64,000 bases of DNA, taken from an uncultured Clostridia bacterium. GTDB taxonomy: Bacteria > Bacillota > Clostridia > TANB77 > CAG-508. Below, piece by piece: positions 57,038 to 64,000 of the stretch (its first letter is position 1; each line of letters starts with the position of its first letter). Under the pieces are notes generated by a model. It ran no database searches, had not been told where the DNA came from, and saw nothing but the letters and a program-made list of their open reading frames with translations. The stretch spans positions 2,412 to 66,411 of the forward strand of contig CALXZB010000002.1 in NCBI GenBank assembly GCA_944393125.1. Reading direction: 5' to 3'. The translations under genes were made by a program, and so were the position numbers.

Positions 57038-60000
57038 TTATATTTGTTCGTTTTGTATTTTTATTTTATTTAAAATTTGTTCTTTAGTTTTTGTTTCAAT
57101 ATAATTGTATTTATTTTCACAACCTCCCATATTAAATCCACAAATACTCTTGTAGTCACAATATCTACAAGGTGTTTTTTTATTTTTATAATATGGTTTT
57201 AAATCAATTTTTCCACTAAGTATTTCTTTAGCAATTTGTTTTATTATAATGTCTATATATTTTTGTAAATTTTCAAATTCTTCTGCAGTAAGCCCACTCG
57301 TTCTTTTTTCATTTAGATTTCCTTCTTTATCAATATAAGCAGGAACTAGATTTGAACTTCCTTTTTCAATATTTTTATCATGTAATTTTACAACATTTAT
57401 ATCTGCTAAAATAAATCCTTTCATTTTGAAGTTTGCTCTTATTTTTTCTTCTATTTCTTCTTCTTCCAATTTTTTATTAGATTTTATCATTTGTTCTAGC
57501 ATATTGAAATATAACATTCCTGCTGGCATTAAGTCTTCTTCCTTACATGCAGATTTCAAATATGTCAATAACTGTATTTGTATTCCTGCATAAACTTCAT
57601 TTAAATCTATATTTTTTACTGAAGATTTATAATCTATTATTCTTAGGTATTTACCATTTTCGTTTTGTGCTGTATCTATTCTATCTATTTTGCCTATTAT
57701 TTCAACTTTTTTTCCATTTTCTAATGTTAAATTTATTGGTTTATATTTACCTTTTTCTCCAAATTCTAATTCTGTTCCTAATACTTGAAATCTACTATTT
57801 ACAATTGTTTCAATTATATGTTTTAATGCTTTTTTTATTATTTTCTTTAAACGTATTACTAATGCTCTGTATCTTGCAGTAGATGTAAATATGTAATTTT
57901 TATTTTGTTGTAGTTTTTCATCTATTATTTTATCTATAATTGTTGACAATTGTTCTTCTGTAATTTCTTCTAATTTTATTTCTTCTTGTTTTATATCAGT
58001 AAAAAATCTGTCTATTACTTCATGTATAAATGTTCCCGTATCTATTGTTTGAATTTTTAGTTCTTGCTGTGGTTTTATTTTTAGTCCATATTGTAAATAA
58101 TATGAAAAAGGACAGCTCCTATATCTTTCTAATTTAGATATACTTGTTACTAATGTATTTCCATATAATTTATCAATATTTTTTTGTTCTATTTTTTCAG
58201 GAATATTTGTATATTCTAAGCCTTTTAAATCTTGTTGCATTTTTTCATTCCACTTGTTATCTTTTTTATAGTAATCATATACGTATGCCCAAATTTTTTC
58301 TATATTTCCAGTTTCTTTTGCTATATATATGTTGTGTATTAGTTCTTCATAGGTTGTATTTTTGTCTAATATTTCACTGTTTTTTTCTATGATGTCACTC
58401 TGTTCTTTTAATTTTATATACATTTTTTTTATTTTGTTTATTAACATAGATGGTCTTAGCGCTCTTCCTTGCATGTCTGAAGATGAGTATAACAAATATA
58501 ATTTTTCTTCTGCAGTGGTAAATGCTTTATAAATATTAAAATTTTCTTCATATAATTTATCAATTGTGTCTTTAGCTAGTTCTATACCATCTTCTTTTAA
58601 TATTTTTCTATCATTATCATTTATGAAGCCTTCATCTTTATTTATACTTGGAAATTGCCCATCATTTAATCCTATAATAAATATAGCTTTTACTTTATGG
58701 CTCCTTGACCTATCAACATCACCCATTATTACTTGATCTTGTGTTCCTGGAATTTTTGTTAAACTACTGTTTTTTAGTCCAACCTTTAATATTTGTGCAT
58801 ATTTATCTATTGTTAATTGTTCTCCTCTAAATATTAGTACAATTTCATCTAATATATCTATTATTGTTTGTATACTGCTTTTATATTCATTTACTAAATC
58901 TACTTGCCCTATTTCTTCAAGTTCTTCTATTTTCTGTAATATTTTTTCCTCTATTTTTTGATTTATTAAAAAATCATATATTGCTTTTGATATTCCTTCT
59001 GCTGTTTTATTTTCATCTATTTGCTTTTTTAAATTTATAAGTGGATTTACTATTATTTTTCTTATTGTTTCAAGTCTTTCAGTTTCTTCTTTTTGTGTAT
59101 CATTACCATATATAAATTGTTTTTTCCATTTGTTTTGTTTTATTCCCCATTTTAAGCAATAACTTTCTAACTTAAATATATCATCTTCCTCTAAATCTGC
59201 AAATCCTGTTTTTATATAATTAAATACTGATTCATAAGACCAATTTTTATTAAATATTTCTAATATTGCTAAAACATATTGAATAATTACATTTTGCTTT
59301 AAATCTCTATTTTCATCAATAAATATAGGTATACTATATTTACTAAATATAGCTCTTGCTAAACTTGAATAATTTTCTAAATTTTTTGTTATTATTGAAA
59401 TATCTTTATATCTATACCCTTCATCTCTTACTAATTTGAGAATATTTTTTGCAACTTCTTCTATTTCTGAATATTGTTTTTGAGCTAAAAATAGACTTAA
59501 ATTAGGCGTTTCACTTTCATATTTTTCATATTTATTTTTATATAAATTTTGTTCTAGATATTGCAATTCTGAGCTTTTAAATCTGTATGTGTTTTCTAGT
59601 TTTAGTTCTTTTATTTCTAAATTTTCTTTTTTAGCCAGTTCTAATAATTTATTTACTGTAATTTGGTTTGAATAAAATATATCTGTATCTGGATTTTTCT
59701 TGCTTTGTAATTCATCTGTACATATCGTTATTGTAACTTCTTTTGCTATTTTTAATAATTTTTGTATTACTTCATATTCTACTTTTGTAAATCCTGCAAA
59801 TTCATCTATATATATTACTGAATCTTTAAACAATGTAGTATGATCTAAATTTTCTGCAAGAATTGTTAAAAGGTCCGCATCATCTATATATTTCCCTGAT
59901 ATTTGATTTTGAAAATTCTCATATATTATACAAATATCTTGTAATTTATTTTTTAAATATTGATCTTCTTGTTTTTCTATTTCTTCTTTTAATTGTTGAA

Positions 60001-60391
60001 CACTTATCCCATGTTTTTTAAATTCTGTTATTGCAGTATCAAGCATTTCTATATTTTCGTCATTTTTTCCTAAAAATTTTAGTTTCTTTTTATTATTGCT
60101 TAAAATTGAATATATCAGCATTGCTTTTCCACATTTTGTTAAATTTGTTGTATTTTTTCCACCAATTTCATTTATAACTCTATATGCCATTCTACTTAAT
60201 GTTACAACTTCTGCATTTAAAACCGCTTCTGTGTTTATTGCTTCCATTAGTTTTTTTTCAGCAGTAAAAGAAAATTGCTCTGGAGTTATTATTAATATTT
60301 TATTTTCTGTTTTTATTTTTTGAGCAATTTCTTTATAGCAATATTCACTTTTTCCAGTTCCAGATCTTCCATAAATTATTCTTAGTCCCAT
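57038..60391 (-). CDS. addB: ATP-dependent helicase/deoxyribonuclease subunit B (AddB/RexB)
   Basis: It has an N-terminal Walker A motif (GRSGTGKS). Its C-terminal nuclease domain has the Fe-S cysteines (CPFSYYLQYG ... CRYCDYKSICGF). It is 1117 aa. Confidence 0.85.
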   Translation of the reverse strand: MGLRIIYGRSGTGKSEYCYKEIAQKIKTENKILIITPEQFSFTAEKKLMEAINTEAVLNAEVVTLSRMAYRVINEIGGKNTTNLTKCGKAMLIYSILSNNKKKLKFLGKNDENIEMLDTAITEFKKHGISVQQLKEEIEKQEDQYLKNKLQDICIIYENFQNQISGKYIDDADLLTILAENLDHTTLFKDSVIYIDEFAGFTKVEYEVIQKLLKIAKEVTITICTDELQSKKNPDTDIFYSNQITVNKLLELAKKENLEIKELKLENTYRFKSSELQYLEQNLYKNKYEKYESETPNLSLFLAQKQYSEIEEVAKNILKLVRDEGYRYKDISIITKNLENYSSLARAIFSKYSIPIFIDENRDLKQNVIIQYVLAILEIFNKNWSYESVFNYIKTGFADLEEDDIFKLESYCLKWGIKQNKWKKQFIYGNDTQKEETERLETIRKIIVNPLINLKKQIDENKTAEGISKAIYDFLINQKIEEKILQKIEELEEIGQVDLVNEYKSSIQTIIDILDEIVLIFRGEQLTIDKYAQILKVGLKNSSLTKIPGTQDQVIMGDVDRSRSHKVKAIFIIGLNDGQFPSINKDEGFINDNDRKILKEDGIELAKDTIDKLYEENFNIYKAFTTAEEKLYLLYSSSDMQGRALRPSMLINKIKKMYIKLKEQSDIIEKNSEILDKNTTYEELIHNIYIAKETGNIEKIWAYVYDYYKKDNKWNEKMQQDLKGLEYTNIPEKIEQKNIDKLYGNTLVTSISKLERYRSCPFSYYLQYGLKIKPQQELKIQTIDTGTFIHEVIDRFFTDIKQEEIKLEEITEEQLSTIIDKIIDEKLQQNKNYIFTSTARYRALVIRLKKIIKKALKHIIETIVNSRFQVLGTELEFGEKGKYKPINLTLENGKKVEIIGKIDRIDTAQNENGKYLRIIDYKSSVKNIDLNEVYAGIQIQLLTYLKSACKEEDLMPAGMLYFNMLEQMIKSNKKLEEEEIEEKIRANFKMKGFILADINVVKLHDKNIEKGSSNLVPAYIDKEGNLNEKRTSGLTAEEFENLQKYIDIIIKQIAKEILSGKIDLKPYYKNKKTPCRYCDYKSICGFNMGGCENKYNYIETKTKEQILNKIKIQNEQI

Positions 60392-60548
60392 TTTTATTCC
60401 TCCACATGTTGATAATATATTATTTTATATATCTTGTCAATATCTATATAAACTTGTGTTTGTTTTATTTTATTGTATAAGTTTTAAATTTTGGAAAATA
60501 CTATATATGAATATTTATATTTTTATAATTAATGTGAAAGGAATACAT

Positions 60549-61634
60549 ATGGAAAACACAAAAATAGGTAGTAAAGAAGCTATTGCATTATTAGTAACTG
60601 TTATTTTTAATCATATTATAGCAAATATGACAAAATCTATTATTGATACTACATCATCTGCTTCTTTAATTAATATTTTATATATAGGAATAATAGCAAT
60701 AATTTATACTTGCATAATTTGTTATTTTCTTAACAAATTTCCTACTTTAGATTTAATGGATATTTCTGAATATTTAGGTGGAAAATTTCTTAAATGGGGA
60801 GTTGGAATTTTGTTTACAATTTATTTTATATTTTTTGCAGGTGTCTTGCTTCATATGTTTGCATCTTGTTTAGAAATAATGTATTTTCAACTAGTGAAAA
60901 TAGAATATATAGTTTGCTTATTTGTAATTTGTGCAACTATTTCTTGCTTGATGAAATATAATGCAGTCTATAGGGCAAATTTAATAATTTTCCCTCTTTT
61001 AATAATAAGCACTTTATTTTTATTTTTAGCTGACTTTCCTTATATGATTGTTGAAAAAATGTATCCAATCCTAGGTAATGGTTGGTATGCTACATTTGTA
61101 GAGGGATTAAGTAATATGTTTGTTTTTCAGGGAATAGCATATATTTATTTTATTCCTTCTAAATTAAAAGAACCTAATTTATTAAAAAAAATATGTGTAA
61201 ATTCAATTGTTTTTTCTTGTCTTTTCCTACTTATAAGTGTTGCCATTGTACTATTTATGTTTAATGGCTTTGTTGAAACAGACGAACTACTTCCATTATA
61301 TTCTGCTGTAAAATATATTGAATTTGGTTCATTTTTTCAAAAATTAGATTCAGCTTTTGTATTAATTTGGATTATAGGAATTGCTAGTTATTTAAGCATA
61401 ACATTAAAATTTTCTAGTGCTATTTTGAAAAAGATTACTAAAATTGAAAATGAAAATATTTTTATATATTTACTTGCACTTATTCTTTTTGTAGGAAGCA
61501 TTTGGCAAAAAAATTATGCTACTTCTATTTTTTTAGTAAATACAGTATATAAATTTTCTTTTTTTATATTAGTAATTGCTTTTAGTTTTATTATATTATT
61601 ATTGGCTAGCATAAAAAAAGTAATAAAGAAATGA
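60549..61634 (+). CDS. Spore germination protein, GerAB/GerKB family (APC-superfamily permease-like)
   Basis: The start is at MENTKIGSKEAIALL (AAAGGA RBS). It has ~10 TM helices and a conserved FFQKLDSAFVLIWII block resembling GerAB. Confidence 0.7.
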   Translation: MENTKIGSKEAIALLVTVIFNHIIANMTKSIIDTTSSASLINILYIGIIAIIYTCIICYFLNKFPTLDLMDISEYLGGKFLKWGVGILFTIYFIFFAGVLLHMFASCLEIMYFQLVKIEYIVCLFVICATISCLMKYNAVYRANLIIFPLLIISTLFLFLADFPYMIVEKMYPILGNGWYATFVEGLSNMFVFQGIAYIYFIPSKLKEPNLLKKICVNSIVFSCLFLLISVAIVLFMFNGFVETDELLPLYSAVKYIEFGSFFQKLDSAFVLIWIIGIASYLSITLKFSSAILKKITKIENENIFIYLLALILFVGSIWQKNYATSIFLVNTVYKFSFFILVIAFSFIILLLASIKKVIKK

Positions 61635-61641
61635 GGTTTTT

Positions 61642-62955
61642 ATGAGCAAAAGTTTTATTAGTATAATTGTTTTTTTGGTATTATTAGTTATTTTTATAAA
61701 TGGCTTTTCTGCTTCTTATACATCTCGTCAACTAGGAAATTTAGCTTATGTACTAGCTATGGGAATTGATGTTGGAGAAAATTCTAAAATGAAAGTTTCA
61801 GTTCAGTTTACAAAAACCAACTCTGTTTCATCTTCTTCTAGTAGTTCTTCTGAAGATTCTAGTAATGTTGTTCTTGTTTCTGGTGAAGCTGATTCTATTT
61901 TTAGTGCAATAAATTTGCTAAATAGTTACATTGGAAAAGAAATAAACCTTTCTCATTGTAGTATTTTAGTTTTTTCTGAGGATTTTGCTAGAAACGGTAT
62001 CTCAACTGAAATATATAGTTTAATGAATAATGAAGAAGTTAGGCCAACTACTAATTTAGTTATTAGTAAATGTGATGCTTATGATTATTTGAGTAATTCC
62101 AATCCTAATATTGAAAAACTAACTACACAGTATTATGAAACTTTTTCAATTACAGGAAGGTTTACTGGTTATTTTTCTCATGTTACTATTGGAGAATTTT
62201 TTAATTCTTTATCTGAAAAATCTAGTGGCTCTACTGCTATTTTAGGTGGACTTAATGCCACTGCTCGAAAGGAAAACTCTAATAATAAATCTGATAATTC
62301 TAGTAAAGATGATTCTTCTAATTCTACTAACTCTAGTGAACTTGGAGAAAATGAAAATGTTGTTATCAATCCAGAAAATTTAATAGCAGGTAACAGTTCC
62401 GTTACAGGTAAAAGAGGAACTGAAAATTTTGGTTTAGCCGTTTTTAACAATGATGTTCTATGTGGCGAATTAACTGCTGTTGAATCTATTTGTCATTTAT
62501 TAATTGTAAATGAGTTAGATTCTTGTATAATATCTATAGATAATCCTCTTTTAGAAGATGAAGCAGAAAAAATGGAACTACTTATTTTCCCAACAAAAAA
62601 ATCAAAAATTAATGTAGATATAAAAGATGATATTCCTCATATTTCATTGAAACTTTCTTTAGACGCTGATATTATGACTATTAATAATAATATTGATTAT
62701 GAAGATGAAAATGTTCTTTTAAAAATTTCAGATTCTTTAAATAAATATCTAAAAACTCAATTAACTAATTATTTAACTAAAGTTTCAAAAGAATATGGTG
62801 TAGATATTGATTCTTTTAGTACAAAGGCTTTATCACATTTTTCTACTATTCCTGAATGGGAAAGCTTTGATTGGAATAATAAGTTTAAAGAAGCTACTTT
62901 TGATGTGTCTACTGATATTAATGTTTTGTCTACAATGCTTATTACAAAAACCTAA
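61642..62955 (+). CDS. Spore germination protein, Ger(x)C family (no lipobox Cys; N-terminal TM anchor)
   Basis: Its ATG is 8 nt after the gerAB-like stop, indicating coupled translation. It has LAYVLAMGIDVGENSKMKVSVQF, which resembles the GerAC N-domain. Confidence 0.7.
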   Translation: MSKSFISIIVFLVLLVIFINGFSASYTSRQLGNLAYVLAMGIDVGENSKMKVSVQFTKTNSVSSSSSSSSEDSSNVVLVSGEADSIFSAINLLNSYIGKEINLSHCSILVFSEDFARNGISTEIYSLMNNEEVRPTTNLVISKCDAYDYLSNSNPNIEKLTTQYYETFSITGRFTGYFSHVTIGEFFNSLSEKSSGSTAILGGLNATARKENSNNKSDNSSKDDSSNSTNSSELGENENVVINPENLIAGNSSVTGKRGTENFGLAVFNNDVLCGELTAVESICHLLIVNELDSCIISIDNPLLEDEAEKMELLIFPTKKSKINVDIKDDIPHISLKLSLDADIMTINNNIDYEDENVLLKISDSLNKYLKTQLTNYLTKVSKEYGVDIDSFSTKALSHFSTIPEWESFDWNNKFKEATFDVSTDINVLSTMLITKT

Positions 62956-62982
62956 ATTTCACCTGCATTCAGGATGCGAAAA

Positions 62983-63014
62983 CACTGGCAAAATTCAAAT
63001 TTTGCCAGTGTTTT
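62983..63014. terminator. Bidirectional terminator between the gerC-like gene and the YitT-family gene
   Basis: cactggcaaaat-tcaa-attttgccagtg is a perfect 12-bp stem followed by tttt. Confidence 0.6.
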
Positions 63015-63016
63015 AT

Positions 63017-63868
63017 TTATCTTTCTTTGAAGCCTTTTCCTAAAACTTCAGTTGCATTAGCCACTACAATAAAGCTTTTTTTGTCTATTCTTCTTGCTAA
63101 TTCTTTTATTTTATATAAGTCCCCTCTTGAAGCCGCACAAATTAATATTAGTTTATCTTTATTATGATACATCCCTTTCCCATAAAGTCCTGTTACTCCT
63201 CTTTTAACTTCATTTTTTATAGCTTCAGAAATTTCCTCATTTTTATCTGATATAATAATTAGTAATTTAGTATAATATACTCCTTCAAAAATTATATCAA
63301 TCATTTTTCCGTAGAGATATATTGCAATAGCAGAATATAATCCTACTTCTATATGTTTGAAAAATATTACATTTAACAAAATTATCACAATATCTATTAT
63401 TGTTAGATATTTACTTATTGAAATGTATGGGTTATAGTTTTTAATTAAATTTGCTACTAAATCTGTCCCTCCTGTTGAAGAACCAACTTTTAAAATTATA
63501 GCTGTACCAACTCCTATAATAGCACCTCCATAAATAGAAGCTAAAAATCTGTCTGTTGTTACAGGTGGATATTTATCTAATATATCTATAAATATTGATA
63601 AACTTACTGTTCCTAATATTGATTTTAAAAAAAATTCTTTTCCAATTTTATATCCTGCAAATATAAATAATGGTAAGTTTATTATAATTATCATCATTCC
63701 CATTGGAATGTTTAATAAATAGTACGTTATTGTTGCTATTCCAGAAACTCCTCCTGATGAAAGCTGACTTGGTAATAGAAATGAGGCTACTCCAAAAGCT
63801 ATAAACATTGCACCTATTATTGTTCCTATTGATTCTATAACTATTCTCTTTGCTGTATATTTACTCAT
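63017..63868 (-). CDS. YitT-family membrane protein (DUF161 + DUF2179)
   Basis: The 283-aa ORF has multiple TM helices plus a C-terminal soluble domain typical of YitT/YqfU. Confidence 0.65.
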   Translation of the reverse strand: MSKYTAKRIVIESIGTIIGAMFIAFGVASFLLPSQLSSGGVSGIATITYYLLNIPMGMMIIIINLPLFIFAGYKIGKEFFLKSILGTVSLSIFIDILDKYPPVTTDRFLASIYGGAIIGVGTAIILKVGSSTGGTDLVANLIKNYNPYISISKYLTIIDIVIILLNVIFFKHIEVGLYSAIAIYLYGKMIDIIFEGVYYTKLLIIISDKNEEISEAIKNEVKRGVTGLYGKGMYHNKDKLILICAASRGDLYKIKELARRIDKKSFIVVANATEVLGKGFKER

Positions 63869-64000
63869 AAAAATCCCCCATAATACAATTATTTGTATTA
63901 TAGGGATAAATTATACTATCTATATTAGATATTGATTTTATTTTTAAAGCACAATTTTTTCGCCTGTATTTGGGTTATAATACTCAGTAACACTTTGAGG

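Noticed and set aside
1-64000. Search for CRISPR arrays, transposases, integrases and phage structural genes
   Set aside because: No short regularly spaced direct repeats with unique spacers were seen. No DDE or tyrosine-recombinase-like ORFs were seen. The only mobile-element hint is the tRNA 3' fragment.

Overview
This 64 kb window is a very AT-rich (~25% GC) chromosomal segment from an endospore-forming low-GC Firmicute. Spo0E-like, GerAB/GerAC germination genes and AddB are present and the style is Clostridia-like. Most genes are on the minus strand and are housekeeping. On the left edge: a fructose PTS EIIABC/1-phosphofructokinase pair, a CNNM/CBS/CorC membrane protein and a REC-GGDEF response regulator. 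Then two tandem paralogous giant surface adhesins (1857 and 1527 aa; DUF11-type and Cna-B-type repeats, including 288-bp tandem DNA repeats), a D-Ala-D-Ala carboxypeptidase, tRNA-Gly and tRNA-Cys, and a paired M16 peptidase. A DUF4143 AAA ATPase follows, then rpsU, nrdG, ftsH, tilS, dnaB, rplI and gdpP. Further right are rpoB and rpoC with an unexpected 177-aa ORF wedged between them, a DUF2207 protein, an AI-2E transporter, xth, tsf, rpsB, an LD-carboxypeptidase, pgeF, addB, gerAB/gerAC-like germination genes and a YitT-family protein. The main accessory content is: (i) an island between gdpP and rpoC carrying two secreted/surface proteins, an HD-domain protein and a duplicated small-gene cassette ending in a ParE/RelE-family toxin, with a ~70-nt promoter/operator repeat; (ii) a 3' half of an initiator-tRNA(Met)-like gene stranded in a 600-bp non-coding gap next to the DUF4143 ATPase; (iii) an orphan promoter-terminator unit (~75-nt candidate sRNA) and two short genes missed by the ORF track (Spo0E-like 48 aa; 41 aa). 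No CRISPR array, transposase or integrase gene was seen. All calls come from reading the six-frame translations and the DNA by eye; no database search was possible.
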